This document shows, piece after piece, positions 1 through 10,557 of a stretch of 64,000 bases of DNA. How positions within the stretch are numbered: position 1 is the stretch's first letter; each line of letters starts with the position of its first letter. The position numbers were made by a program, and so were the translations under genes. This stretch comes from an uncultured Muribaculaceae bacterium (GTDB lineage: Bacteria > Bacillota_I > Bacilli_A > RF39 > UBA660), in contig CAZRJK010000007.1 in the NCBI GenBank assembly GCA_964600615.1, positions 4,329 to 68,328 on the forward strand, read 5' to 3'. The notes under the pieces were generated by a model that worked only from the letters and a program-made list of their open reading frames with translations, was not told the origin of the DNA and did no database searches.

Positions 1-1116
1 ACCATTAAAATACTTATTAACCATACCAATAGTTCTATTAACTAAATTACCAAGAACATTAGCTAAATTAGTATTAATACTTTCTATCAACAAATCCCTA
101 GTAAAAGTACCATCACTAGCAAAAGGCATCTCATGAATTAAATAATATCTAACAGCATCTATACCAAATTCATCAACTAAATCATCAGCATACACTATAT
201 TACCTTTACTCTTACTCATTTTATCATTACCAAATAAAAGCCAAGGATGACCAAATATCTTATGAGGAAGTTCTACACCCAAGCAATGTAACATAATAGG
301 CCAATATATAGTATGAAATCTAAGTATATCTTTACCAATCAAATGAATATCACAAGGCCAATACTTCTTAAATTCATCACTTACTTTATCAACATCATAA
401 CCTAAAAAAGTAATATAATTAGATAGCGCATCTATCCAAACATATACAACATGATCAGTATCAAATGATACTGGAATTCCCCATTTAAAACTAGTTCTAG
501 ATACACATAAATCTTGAAGACCAGGTTTAATAAAAGTGTTAATTATTTCATTCTTTCTTGATTCAGGCTCTATAAAACCAGGATGCCTATCAATATATTC
601 CTCTAGCCACTTACTATATTTACTCATCTTAAAGAAATATGCTTCTTCACAAGCTTCTTTAACTTCTCTACCACAATCAGGACATTTTCCATCTACAAGT
701 TGACTTTCTGTCCAAAAAGACTCACAAGGAGTACAATACAATCCTTTATATTCCCCTTTATATATATCACCTTGATCATAAAATTTTTTAAATATATGTT
801 GAACTATTTCTTCATGCTTCTTATCAGTAGTTCTAACAAACCTATCATAACTAGTATTAACCACGTCCCAAATTTCTCTAATTTGTGAAGCTATATCATC
901 AACATATTTCTGAGGACTTACTCCTGCCTCTTTTGCTTTATTTTCTATTTTTTCACCATGCTCATCAGTACCAGTTTGAAAATATACATCATATCCCTGC
1001 AATCTTTTATATCTAGCTATAACATCAGCAAGTACTATTTCATAAGTATTTCCAATATGAGGTTTAGCACTAGTATATGCAATAGCTGTACTTATATAAA
1101 ATTTTTTCTTATCCAT
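1..1116 (-). CDS. metG: Methionyl-tRNA synthetase, N-terminal 372 codons (3' end lies outside the window)
   Basis: Hand translation of the minus strand from ATG 1116..1114 gives MDKKKFYISTAIAYTSAKPHIGNTYE... A HIGH-type motif (PHIGN) and KMSKS (DKMSKSKGN, about nt 200-240) are present. The ORF runs off the left edge, so it is absent from the ORF track. Its start overlaps the dut stop (ATGGATAA). Confidence 0.9.
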   Translation of the reverse strand, partial: MDKKKFYISTAIAYTSAKPHIGNTYEIVLADVIARYKRLQGYDVYFQTGTDEHGEKIENKAKEAGVSPQKYVDDIASQIREIWDVVNTSYDRFVRTTDKKHEEIVQHIFKKFYDQGDIYKGEYKGLYCTPCESFWTESQLVDGKCPDCGREVKEACEEAYFFKMSKYSKWLEEYIDRHPGFIEPESRKNEIINTFIKPGLQDLCVSRTSFKWGIPVSFDTDHVVYVWIDALSNYITFLGYDVDKVSDEFKKYWPCDIHLIGKDILRFHTIYWPIMLHCLGVELPHKIFGHPWLLFGNDKMSKSKGNIVYADDLVDEFGIDAVRYYLIHEMPFASDGTFTRDLLIESINTNLANVLGNLVNRTIGMVNKYFNG

Positions 1117-1600
1117 TCTTCTCACTCTTTCTATTAGTACTACCTATACCTCCAGATCTAACATTAGATACATCATCATCACAAGTTAAATAATTAACAA
1201 AAATCCCTTGAGCATAAGCAGTTCCTTTTTCTATAACATAATTATTATTTCCTTCATTTTGAAGAGCAACCCAAATATGTCCTTCATTATCATTATTATT
1301 ATAATAATCACTATCAATAATTCCCACCTGATTACACATCCGTACATTATATTTAAAACCCATACTACTCCTAACAACAATCATCAAGAATTCATTATCT
1401 TGCATAAACACTTTATAACCAGTAGGAATTTTTAATATTTCTCCAGGTTTTATTATCATATCACAAGTAGCAATAAAATCATATCCACAACTATATTTAC
1501 TACCTCTTCTAGGAAGTTCATAACTATTATAAATATCTTTATCATTACTTATATCTCTTTTAAATTGCTTATAGCTAATTTTTTCAAAAAATCTATCCAT
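1109..1600 (-). CDS. dut: Trimeric dUTP diphosphatase (YncF/YosS-like)
   Basis: All five dUTPase motifs are recognisable: PRRGSKYSCGYDF, VRSS, GIIDSDYY, AQGIF, RSGGIGSTN. GGAGG lies 8 nt upstream of the ATG. Confidence 0.8.
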   Translation of the reverse strand: MDRFFEKISYKQFKRDISNDKDIYNSYELPRRGSKYSCGYDFIATCDMIIKPGEILKIPTGYKVFMQDNEFLMIVVRSSMGFKYNVRMCNQVGIIDSDYYNNNDNEGHIWVALQNEGNNNYVIEKGTAYAQGIFVNYLTCDDDVSNVRSGGIGSTNRKSEKNG

Positions 1601-1714
1601 AATAAAACCTCCAACAAATCTACTATATTATAACATCATACTAACTCATTATCAAGAATAAAAAATTTCAAAAAGTACTGCAACATATGCTATAATAAAA
1701 AAGAGGTGAAGCTT

Positions 1715-2032
1715 ATGAGATGGGAAGAAAACTTAGAAAACTTAGAGAGCACTGTAGAAAAAAAAGAAGAAAAAGAAAAAGAAAGGCCACAAGCAATTGA
1801 AACAAAAGAAGATTTATATGAACAAATATATGGATCAATAGATACATATAACACCTTAATTAGCTTAAAAGAATTAGGTGAAAATATTGATGATGCCATA
1901 AAAATAGCTGACAATAAGATAAAAGAATTAATTAATCTTGGAATAAAAAAATTTAACCTTACAAATGAAGAAATTAACAACATTGTACCAGCAAAAAATA
2001 CTAATGAAAATTATAGAAAAAATCATCCTTAA
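1715..2032 (+). CDS. Hypothetical small acidic/coiled-coil protein
   Basis: The track ORF starts at GTG 1706. ATG 1715 is preceded by AGAGGTGA at good spacing. No family recognised. Confidence 0.4.
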   Translation: MRWEENLENLESTVEKKEEKEKERPQAIETKEDLYEQIYGSIDTYNTLISLKELGENIDDAIKIADNKIKELINLGIKKFNLTNEEINNIVPAKNTNENYRKNHP

Positions 2033-2042
2033 GATGATTTTT

Positions 2043-2579
2043 TTATTCACTAATAAACTTATTAGATAATAATTTTGATAATATAACAGCCATCTTCTCA
2101 TCAGACTCCAATATAGGTTTATCTAAAGATATAATTATTACTGCTCCCAAAACATCCCCATTATTAACAATAGAACTAAAAGAATAATATCCAAAATCCT
2201 CTATTCCTTCAACAAAAGAAAAAGTCTTTTTTTGTCTTTCTACAAAACTATCCCTTCTCTCAATTCCTCTATCCGTAAATTCACTAATATTCTTACCTAA
2301 ATAATTCTTCTTTAAACTACCACTAACAGCTATTACTTTATCTTTATCCGTGACAATTATATTATGCTTTAACACTTGATTAAAACTATCAACATATTTT
2401 AACGCCGCATCTTCAATACTCTCAATAGGAGAATACTTTTTTAATATAACACTATCTACATCAACAAAAACTTCTAAAGTATCACCATTCTTAATTCTTA
2501 AATTTCTCCTAATCTCTTTAGGTATAACAATTCTTCCTAAATCATCTATCCTCCTAATAACACCAGTAGTTTTCATCAT
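2043..2579 (-). CDS. spoVT: Stage V sporulation protein T (AbrB/SpoVT-family regulator)
   Basis: The N-terminus MKTTGVIRRIDDLGRIVIPKEIRRNLRIKNGDTLEVF closely matches the B. subtilis SpoVT swapped-hairpin domain. Length is about 178 aa with a GAF-like C-terminal part. It sits next to mfd as in Bacillus. The true start may be the second ATG (2576). Confidence 0.85.
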   Translation of the reverse strand: MMKTTGVIRRIDDLGRIVIPKEIRRNLRIKNGDTLEVFVDVDSVILKKYSPIESIEDAALKYVDSFNQVLKHNIIVTDKDKVIAVSGSLKKNYLGKNISEFTDRGIERRDSFVERQKKTFSFVEGIEDFGYYSFSSIVNNGDVLGAVIIISLDKPILESDEKMAVILSKLLSNKFISE

Positions 2580-2672
2580 TTCACTCCATTCTAACTATAT
2601 TTTACCAATAAGAATAAAATATATACCAAAATAAAAATAAATAATCTTTTTAGATTATTTATTTTATTTACA

Positions 2673-4379
2673 TTATCGGAAGCCGCCACCGCCGCCTCCA
2701 CCACCGAAGGAGCCACCGCCACCTCCGCCAGAAGAAAAGCCACCGCCACCAGAACTATAAGATTCTGCTCTTGATTTAGCTGTAGTAGCACTTCTAATAC
2801 CATCACTAGTAATAGAATGAACAAATATAATATCATTATAATTATAACCCATTCTATCCATATCTTGAATTATTTCAGGATACAATTTTTTAAATTGACT
2901 AGCTACTTCATCAGCAATTCCAAAAATAGAAGCATACATTAAATACTCATTCCAAAGTTTTACCTCAATTGGTTCTCTTTCTTTAATCAAAGTAAATTCT
3001 TTCAAAAATTTCTTTAACCCAGCCATTTGCTCTGCTTCCTGCATCATCGAAGAATCTATTTCATAAAAAGTACTCTTAAATAGTTTACCAGTCTCAGTAG
3101 AAACAGCTTTATTCTCATTAACAAGCATTTTTACTTCAAAATCTAATACATCATCAAACCATTTTAAAATCTTACTATAATGACTAGAACACCACTTCTT
3201 AAATTCGCCTGATTCTAGTTTTCCATCACCACTAGCCTGATACATATAATCATATAATTTACCTTCTAATTCAATTGAAGAGTCTGGTCTTTTTTCAAAA
3301 ATTATATTGCTTTCAGTCTTTTCTTTAAATAAACCTTTACTCGTTACTTTTTCAATTCTAACATTTTCATTTTGTAACCACTTTAGTAAAACACTACCCA
3401 AAAAATCTTCTTTTTTCTTATTTAAATTATAACTATCAGCAACCCAATAAGCACGATATATGTCCTTATTACAAGGAATTTCCCTAAAATTAGGAACATC
3501 TTTTCTCACTTTATTACCAGTATTTCCAAATTTTAAATTATTATTTTTACCAGCATTAAAAAACATAACAATCATAGCAATAATAAAAGGAAGAAAACCA
3601 ATAAAAATTTCAAAAATAACAATAAAGAAATCTGCAACTTTAGAAAAAAAACTTTTATTATCATTATAACTAACAGCTCCCTTTTCAGCCATCTTATAAT
3701 AATGATCAAAATCATAATCTAGTACACTACCAGTAGTAAAAGTACCCTTAGGAAACTTTGCTAAAACAGTTAAATACTCCGAACTATCAATAATTCCATC
3801 TGAAGTCATCTCAATAACACCATCATAAAAATAACAAGGTGCTCCTTTTTTTCCATAACCCCAAACTTCCCAAGAATCATCATACTTAAAATCACTATAA
3901 ATTCTTATAGTCACATTACCAGGTTTTGCACTAAAATCATATGGAAATAAATTCCAATATATCATATCAGCATCAGTAGTAGTAGAAACAAAATTACTTA
4001 TCTTATATTTTACAACATAAGTATGAGTCCCATATTCACTAATACCAAAAACAATATCAACTTCATTACCATCAACATTATATAATCCAGCCTTATAAGC
4101 TTTATCGCTTAAACTACTATTTCCAAACCAATTATCAACTATTTCATACTCTTTACCATCCATAGAAGCACTAACTACATATAGCTCAGATAATCCCAAA
4201 TTATAATATGGATGCCACCCCTCAGTTCCTTCATTAACAGTAGCATCCCAAGTTTCCGTAATAGTAGCAACACCTTCACTATCAACAAAAATATCCATAT
4301 CAATTTTAGATATACTACTAGCATCAACAACAAAACAGAAACTAAACATTAATAAAATTGTAAATAAAATCTTCTTCAT
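2673..4379 (-). CDS. DUF2207-family membrane protein with C-terminal poly-Gly tail
   Basis: Signal peptide, large extracytoplasmic N-domain, internal TM segments and a GGGGFSSGGGGGG tail typical of DUF2207. It is paired with lemA immediately upstream, which is a common arrangement. Confidence 0.7.
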   Translation of the reverse strand: MKKILFTILLMFSFCFVVDASSISKIDMDIFVDSEGVATITETWDATVNEGTEGWHPYYNLGLSELYVVSASMDGKEYEIVDNWFGNSSLSDKAYKAGLYNVDGNEVDIVFGISEYGTHTYVVKYKISNFVSTTTDADMIYWNLFPYDFSAKPGNVTIRIYSDFKYDDSWEVWGYGKKGAPCYFYDGVIEMTSDGIIDSSEYLTVLAKFPKGTFTTGSVLDYDFDHYYKMAEKGAVSYNDNKSFFSKVADFFIVIFEIFIGFLPFIIAMIVMFFNAGKNNNLKFGNTGNKVRKDVPNFREIPCNKDIYRAYWVADSYNLNKKKEDFLGSVLLKWLQNENVRIEKVTSKGLFKEKTESNIIFEKRPDSSIELEGKLYDYMYQASGDGKLESGEFKKWCSSHYSKILKWFDDVLDFEVKMLVNENKAVSTETGKLFKSTFYEIDSSMMQEAEQMAGLKKFLKEFTLIKEREPIEVKLWNEYLMYASIFGIADEVASQFKKLYPEIIQDMDRMGYNYNDIIFVHSITSDGIRSATTAKSRAESYSSGGGGFSSGGGGGGSFGGGGGGGGFR

Positions 4380-4418
4380 ATCAAATCTCCTAACAAAAAA
4401 AGGGATTAACTAATCCCC

Positions 4419-4967
4419 TTAAAATTTAACTTCAACGTTCTTTCTATCATCTTCACTAGCTTCAAAGAAACTTTCTTTTTCAAAATGGAACATAGAAGCT
4501 ATAATGTTACTAGGAACTGTTTGAATCTTATTATTATATTGAAGAACAGAATCATTATAGAATTGTCTAGCATAACTAATCTTATCTTCAACTTCTTTAA
4601 GTTGTTTTTGTAAATCCAAAAAGTTTTCATTAGCCTTCAAATCAGGATAACTTTCTGCTAAAGCAAATAACTTATTAATAGCTTGAGTAAGTTCTCCACT
4701 AGATTTCATCTTTTCATCAGGAGTACCAGCAGACAAATAAGTATTTCTAGCTTTAACAACATCTTCTAAAGTTCCTTTTTCATGCTTAGCATATCCTTTT
4801 ACAGTTTCTACTAAATTAGGAATCAAATCAGCCCTCTTCTTTAATTGAATATCAATCTGACTAAATTGATCTCTTACCTTATTTCTTAAACGAACTAAAG
4901 AATTATAAGTAGTCATAACAAATAAAAGAATAAGCACAATCAAAATAATTAAAATAATCATAAACAT
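4419..4967 (-). CDS. lemA: LemA family protein
   Basis: N-terminal TM segment followed by [47 protein letters not shown], the characteristic LemA core. Confidence 0.85.
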   Translation of the reverse strand: MFMIILIILIVLILLFVMTTYNSLVRLRNKVRDQFSQIDIQLKKRADLIPNLVETVKGYAKHEKGTLEDVVKARNTYLSAGTPDEKMKSSGELTQAINKLFALAESYPDLKANENFLDLQKQLKEVEDKISYARQFYNDSVLQYNNKIQTVPSNIIASMFHFEKESFFEASEDDRKNVEVKF

Positions 4968-5035
4968 ACCTCTCTTTCCTAAAATAAGTATATCACAATA
5001 TTTATTTTTTTAGTATATAAATTTAAAATAATTTA

Positions 5036-8000
5036 TTAAAAATTCATTTTCTTTATTAGTGTCTCAAATAATTCAATAATATATACCAAAAAATGTTTAT
5101 CTAAATTTACAATATCAAAAATAATGTGTATCCTATAATTCTTAAAACTTAATCTAAAATTCTTTGATATATCATAACTAATTCTAAATAAATCTTCTCC
5201 ATTTATCTTTTTACTAATATTTTCAGATAATTCCATATCAATAAAATTTTTAGTTTGAACTACATTAGTTATCTCTAGTCTCTTAGCTAACTTTTCAAAC
5301 CATTCCTCATACATATATATTTCCATATCTTTACTTATCTTACCAAACCTATCCTCCAATTCAGATTTAATAGATTTAAATTTATCTATACTATCAACTT
5401 CATTAATCTTTTTATGTATCTCTATCTTTAAATCCTCATCTTCTATATAACTATCACTAATATGAGTATCCACATCAATCAAAGATTTATTATCTAAATT
5501 ATCATCTTCTTCTTTTTCTATATATACACCTTTTATCTTATCGACAGCATCTTTTAACATTTTTAAATATAATTCAATACCAACAGTGTCAATAAATCCA
5601 GATTGCTCACTGCCAAGAATATCACCAGCACCCCTTATAGATAAATCCCTCATAGCAATTTTAAATCCACTACCAAGTTCAGTAAATTCCTTAATTGTGT
5701 TAAGTCTCTTTACAGCAATATCGTTAAGTACTTTATGTTTATTGTACATTAAATATGCATAACCAATCTTATTACTTCTACCAATTCTCCCCCTTATTTG
5801 ATATAACTGCGATAATCCAAAATGATCAGCATCCATAATAATTAAAGTATTAACATTAGGAATATCTATCCCCGTTTCAATAATCGTAGTACACACTAAA
5901 ACATCAAACTTATAATCAATAAAATCCTGCATCTTATCTTCCAGTTCAGATTTAGACATTCTACCATGAGCATATTCTATCCTAGCCTCAGGAACTAATT
6001 TATTAAGTCTTTTAACTCTTTCTTCAATATCATCTATATAATTATATAAAATAAATACTTGCCCTTTTCTAGCTAATTCTTTATATATAGCATCTTTAAT
6101 AACATTATCATTCTCAGCAAGCACATAAGTTTGAATAGGATATCTCTCCTGAGGAGGAGTTTCGATTAATGACAAACTTCTAATACCAGCCATAGACATC
6201 TGTAATGTTCTAGGAATAGGAGTAGCCGATAAAGTTAAAACATCCACATTAGCCTTATATTGCTTAATTTTTTCTTTATGAGTAACCCCAAATCTCTGTT
6301 CCTCATCAACAACTAAAAAACCCAAATCTTTGAACTCAATATCGTCACTTAAAATTCTATGAGTACCAAACAAAATATCTATTCGTCCCTCTTTTAAATC
6401 TTCAATTATAGCTTTTTGCTTTTTTAAAGAGACAAATCTATTAAGCAAAGCAATATTAATAGGAAAATTTTTAAACCTAGAAACCGCATTCTTATATTGC
6501 TGATTAGAAAGAATAGTCGTTGGACACAAATAGGCAACCTGTTTACCATCATTTACTGCCTTAAACATTGCCCTAAAAGCAACTTCAGTCTTACCATATC
6601 CTACATCACCACACAAAAGCATATCCATAGGATTCTTCTTTTCCATTTCTTCCTTAATTGTATTAATAGCCTTAACTTGATCAACAGTTTCCTCATATTC
6701 AAATTCACTATCAAATAAAACTTGACTTTCATCATCAGCTGAAAAAGCAAAACCTTGTGTAGCCTCCCTTTCAGCAGAAATCTTAATCAAATTATCTGCT
6801 ATTTCTTGTAATCTTCCACTAACCCTAGCTTTCTTCTTTTTCCAACTATCACTACCCAAATTATCAAGTTTTACAACAACTCCTTCTTTACCAGAAAATT
6901 TACTAATTCTATCAATCTTTTCAACAGGAATATATAAAACATCTCCTCCACCATATATAAGTTTAATATAATCCTTCTGATAGCCATTCTTAGTAATAGT
7001 ACACAATTCATCATAAATACCAATACCATGTGCCTCATGCACAATATAATCACCTTTAGATATATTACTAATATCATTAATCTTAGTCCCTATTTTAAAT
7101 TTATTTCTATATTTTTTCTTAACTGTATCTTTAAATAAATTATTATAAGAAATAATCACATAATCATTAAAAATAAAACCATCATCAATTTCCTTAATAA
7201 TAACATTAACACAACCATTAACTAAATCCTTATCATTACTACTAATAATATTAACATCATCAGATAAATAACTAATAATTCTTTTCCTAGAATTCTCATC
7301 AGGTACACATAAAACTACCTTTTTCTTTTTTAATAAATACTTATTTAAATCTTTCTTAATAAAATCAATATTACCATCATAATTATCAATATTATTACTA
7401 ACATACTTATCTTCATATTTTAATTTAATACCAGATAACACATTATCTAAATGCATTAAAAATATTTCCTTATTAAATCTAATATCATCAAAAGAAAACA
7501 TATAATTAGTCTTTATACCAGAGTCAGATTCATTATTCTTATCATAATCAATAATAGTATCATACAGCATTTTATATCCTTCTCTTATTTGATTATAATC
7601 ATAATAAAAACAAATATTAGAAGAAACATAATCCCACAAACCATAAATATCCTTAGAATAATGTTTTAAATATTTTTGTTTTCTATCAACATTATCATTG
7701 TATTTTTCTAACAAAAACTCTGTACAAGGATATATATCTATACTATCAATTTCTAAAGAAGACAACTGAGTATCAACGTCAAAATACTTAATACTATCAA
7801 TTTCATCTCCCCAAAATTCTATTCTAATAGGTTTATCAGAAGATATAGGAAAAACATCAAGAACATATCCTCTAACACCAACATTTCCCGTTTCACTAAC
7901 AATAGTCTCTCTAGTATAACCAATATCGTATAACATATTCTCTAAATATTCCCTACTAATATTCATTTCCTTTTCAAGATGAATAATAGAATTCTTCCAC

Positions 8001-8359
8001 ACAGAAATAGTAGGTAAATATCTAAGAATACCCATCAAATTAGTAACAACAATATATTTATTATCATTAACTAATACATTTAAAGTATTAATTCTTTCTA
8101 TCTTTAATTCAGGACTAATAGCTATAGCCTCACTAGTAATAAAATCATCCATAGGAAAAAATAATACCCTATCAGTATAATTACTTAACTTATTATATAA
8201 ATTATTAGCTTCAAATAAAGAATTAGTAACAACCACTATTCCCTTATTATATTTAAGAAAAGCATCATATACATATATCATAGACAACTCACTATTTAAT
8301 CCCGAAACACCATAATAATCATAATCAACTATCTTAAATAACTTATCAAATAAGCCCAT
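5036..8359 (-). CDS. mfd: Transcription-repair coupling factor
   Basis: CarD/TRCF RNAP-interaction region (DYIVHEAHGIG). SF2 helicase motifs (GDVGYGKTEVA, DEEQRFG, SATPIPRT, QLYQIRGRIGR). TRCF C-terminal domain. Start set at ATG 8359 (MGLFDKLF), 9 nt after AAGGAG; the track start 8392 is probably an over-extension. Confidence 0.95.
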   Translation of the reverse strand: MGLFDKLFKIVDYDYYGVSGLNSELSMIYVYDAFLKYNKGIVVVTNSLFEANNLYNKLSNYTDRVLFFPMDDFITSEAIAISPELKIERINTLNVLVNDNKYIVVTNLMGILRYLPTISVWKNSIIHLEKEMNISREYLENMLYDIGYTRETIVSETGNVGVRGYVLDVFPISSDKPIRIEFWGDEIDSIKYFDVDTQLSSLEIDSIDIYPCTEFLLEKYNDNVDRKQKYLKHYSKDIYGLWDYVSSNICFYYDYNQIREGYKMLYDTIIDYDKNNESDSGIKTNYMFSFDDIRFNKEIFLMHLDNVLSGIKLKYEDKYVSNNIDNYDGNIDFIKKDLNKYLLKKKKVVLCVPDENSRKRIISYLSDDVNIISSNDKDLVNGCVNVIIKEIDDGFIFNDYVIISYNNLFKDTVKKKYRNKFKIGTKINDISNISKGDYIVHEAHGIGIYDELCTITKNGYQKDYIKLIYGGGDVLYIPVEKIDRISKFSGKEGVVVKLDNLGSDSWKKKKARVSGRLQEIADNLIKISAEREATQGFAFSADDESQVLFDSEFEYEETVDQVKAINTIKEEMEKKNPMDMLLCGDVGYGKTEVAFRAMFKAVNDGKQVAYLCPTTILSNQQYKNAVSRFKNFPINIALLNRFVSLKKQKAIIEDLKEGRIDILFGTHRILSDDIEFKDLGFLVVDEEQRFGVTHKEKIKQYKANVDVLTLSATPIPRTLQMSMAGIRSLSLIETPPQERYPIQTYVLAENDNVIKDAIYKELARKGQVFILYNYIDDIEERVKRLNKLVPEARIEYAHGRMSKSELEDKMQDFIDYKFDVLVCTTIIETGIDIPNVNTLIIMDADHFGLSQLYQIRGRIGRSNKIGYAYLMYNKHKVLNDIAVKRLNTIKEFTELGSGFKIAMRDLSIRGAGDILGSEQSGFIDTVGIELYLKMLKDAVDKIKGVYIEKEEDDNLDNKSLIDVDTHISDSYIEDEDLKIEIHKKINEVDSIDKFKSIKSELEDRFGKISKDMEIYMYEEWFEKLAKRLEITNVVQTKNFIDMELSENISKKINGEDLFRISYDISKNFRLSFKNYRIHIIFDIVNLDKHFLVYIIELFETLIKKMNF

Positions 8360-8412
8360 ATTATCAGTCTCCTTACAAACAGAAAAAATCATACTTTTTT
8401 AAAGTATAATTA

Positions 8413-8973
8413 TTACTTGCTATTATATTTTCCCTTTAATCTATCCAATTTATAAGTACAAAAATCATCAACTACATCAATTAAATTAGAAAAAATACCA
8501 TCTAACTGTTTCAACTCTTCATTACTAAACTTACTTAAAACATAATCCTTAGTATTAATAGTCTTATCATTAGATATACCTATCTTTAATCTAGTATAAT
8601 TTTTAGAACCAAGATTATTTTCAATATCTTTAATCCCATTATGTCCCCCACTACTACTGTCATTAACTATCTTTATTCTTCCAAAAGACATATCCAAATC
8701 ATCATGAATAATTAAAATATCTTTTAAATCTATCTTGTAAAAATCTACATATTTTTTTATAACACCACCAGATAAATTCATAAAAGATAAAGGCTTAATA
8801 AATAATACCTTCTCATCATCATAAGTATATTCTAAATATTTAGCCTTAAACTTTTCTTTATCAAAAGATATTTTTTTATTTTCAGCTATCTTGTCAATTA
8901 ACATATACCCCATATTATGCCTAGTATTCTTATATTCCCTACCTGGATTACCTAATCCCACTATTAATTTCAT
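8413..8973 (-). CDS. pth: Peptidyl-tRNA hydrolase
   Basis: MKLIVGLGNPGREYKNTRHNMG... is the canonical Pth N-terminus. It lies downstream of rsmI and upstream of mfd. Confidence 0.9.
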   Translation of the reverse strand: MKLIVGLGNPGREYKNTRHNMGYMLIDKIAENKKISFDKEKFKAKYLEYTYDDEKVLFIKPLSFMNLSGGVIKKYVDFYKIDLKDILIIHDDLDMSFGRIKIVNDSSSGGHNGIKDIENNLGSKNYTRLKIGISNDKTINTKDYVLSKFSNEELKQLDGIFSNLIDVVDDFCTYKLDRLKGKYNSK

Positions 8974-9812
8974 TTTAATTCCTCCTTATGATATAAAGAA
9001 TAAACCTCACTCTTACTAATTTTTCTATCATGAGCAACCATCTTAATAGCATCCATCTTATCTATCCCACTAGCAATATGTAAATTAACACTATCGTAAA
9101 TAGATAAATTATCATCTATAACAGAAGAAAAACCTGATACAACAATAACAAATTCTCCCTTAAGATTATCACTTTCTTTTAAAACCTCACTAATATTACC
9201 TCTATAAACACTCTCAAATTTTTTAGATATTTCCCTAGATATACTAATATCTCTATCACCAAAAACTTCTAACATCATTGATAAAGTCTTAACTAATCTA
9301 TGTGGAGCTTCATAAAAAATAAGCGTACTAGTATTAAATTTTAACTTTTCTAATTCTTTCTTCTTTTTAGATTCTTTACTATCTAAAAAGCCATAAAAAG
9401 TAAAAGGAGCAGAAGCTATCCCAGAAACAACCAAAGCCGGAACAAAAGCACAAGCTCCTGGAAGACCAACAACATTATATCCCTTATCACTAACATATTT
9501 TACAGTTTTATAACCAGGATCACTAATAATAGGAGTTCCCCTATCAGTAACTAAACCAACACTATATCCATTTTTTAAATACTCCAAAACCTTTTCCTTA
9601 GCAATATCCTCATTATGATCATGCAAAGATATTAGTTTTTTACTTATATTAAAATGCTTTAATAATAATCCAGTAACTCTAGTATCCTCAGAAAAAACAA
9701 CTTCTACATCATTAAGTATTTTTACCGCCCTATAAGTCATATCATCCATATTTCCAATTGGAGTAGGAATTAAATACAAAGTAGGATTACCATCATAACT
9801 TTTTTGCCACAT
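8970..9812 (-). CDS. rsmI: 16S rRNA (cytidine1402-2'-O)-methyltransferase
   Basis: Tetrapyrrole-methylase fold signature: LYLIPTPIGNMDDMTYRA...EDTR...SDPG. Overlaps the pth start by 4 nt. Confidence 0.85.
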   Translation of the reverse strand: MWQKSYDGNPTLYLIPTPIGNMDDMTYRAVKILNDVEVVFSEDTRVTGLLLKHFNISKKLISLHDHNEDIAKEKVLEYLKNGYSVGLVTDRGTPIISDPGYKTVKYVSDKGYNVVGLPGACAFVPALVVSGIASAPFTFYGFLDSKESKKKKELEKLKFNTSTLIFYEAPHRLVKTLSMMLEVFGDRDISISREISKKFESVYRGNISEVLKESDNLKGEFVIVVSGFSSVIDDNLSIYDSVNLHIASGIDKMDAIKMVAHDRKISKSEVYSLYHKEELK

Positions 9813-9816
9813 AATA

Positions 9817-10557
9817 TCATCTCTCTTTATTTAACATCTCACTAATATTATCTCTATAACTACCATCATCATTATGAATAACTAATCCAGGAAGAATTTT
9901 AACATTACTCTTACCATTCTTTGAAGCCTCTACCATAAACAAATCACTATTAGATCCTTCCTTAGGATAAATAAATTGAATCCTCTTAGGTTCAAAATTG
10001 TATTCTTTTAAACAATTAATGACTTCTATAAATCTAGAAGTAGTATGAACCATTGCTAAATTTCCACCATTCCTTAGTAAATATTTAGCACTCTTAACAA
10101 CATCTTCTAATGATAACATAACTTCATGTCTAGCAACCCTCTTTATATCATTATCATTAAAATATCCATCACTATTAGTCTTAAAATATGGTGGATTACA
10201 AATAACTACATCATAACTCCCACTATCAAAATATTTATCAATTTCTCTAACATCACCACAAATAAGAGAAATCTGATTAGAAAGATTATTTTCTTTAATC
10301 GATTCAACACCTAATTTATAAATACAATTCTGTAACTCTATTCCATCAATATGAGCCTTAGTTCTATTAGATAATAGCATTGGAATAGGAGCATTACCAC
10401 TAGCTAAATCAATTATTTTCTTACATCTTAAATTAATAGAAACAAAATTAGCGAGTAATACAGAATCCAAAGAAAATTTAAACCAATCATCATTTTGATA
10501 AATAATCATATCATAATTAAGTAATCTATTCTTAACTTTCATCAGCATCAACTTCAA
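9817..10557 (-). CDS. SAM-dependent N6-adenine methyltransferase (TrmN6/YabB-like)
   Basis: Class I methyltransferase motif I (DLASGNA) and an NPPY motif (ICNPPYF). Position next to rsmI matches Bacillus yabB. Confidence 0.7.
   Translation of the reverse strand: MKLMLMKVKNRLLNYDMIIYQNDDWFKFSLDSVLLANFVSINLRCKKIIDLASGNAPIPMLLSNRTKAHIDGIELQNCIYKLGVESIKENNLSNQISLICGDVREIDKYFDSGSYDVVICNPPYFKTNSDGYFNDNDIKRVARHEVMLSLEDVVKSAKYLLRNGGNLAMVHTTSRFIEVINCLKEYNFEPKRIQFIYPKEGSNSDLFMVEASKNGKSNVKILPGLVIHNDDGSYRDNISEMLNKER

Noticed and set aside
700-888. Many 60-130-aa ORFs in the track lie inside or antisense to larger genes. Examples: 700-888, 1208-1435, 1690-1983, 2591-2836, 3460-3669, 6497-6718, 10126-10314, 12845-13096, 19421-19705, 34578-34952, 44106-44495, 47927-48295.
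   Set aside because: Each overlaps a gene with clear family motifs on the other strand or in another frame. Their translations are I/L/F/N/S-rich low-complexity strings, as expected from AT-rich antisense sequence. None has a convincing RBS.
2675-2760. The only strongly GC-rich island in the window (gccgccaccgccgcctccaccacc...), which could suggest foreign DNA or a structured RNA.
   Set aside because: It is the run of Gly codons encoding the GGGGFSSGGGGGGSFGGGGGGGGFR tail of the DUF2207 protein on the minus strand. That tail is a family-typical feature.
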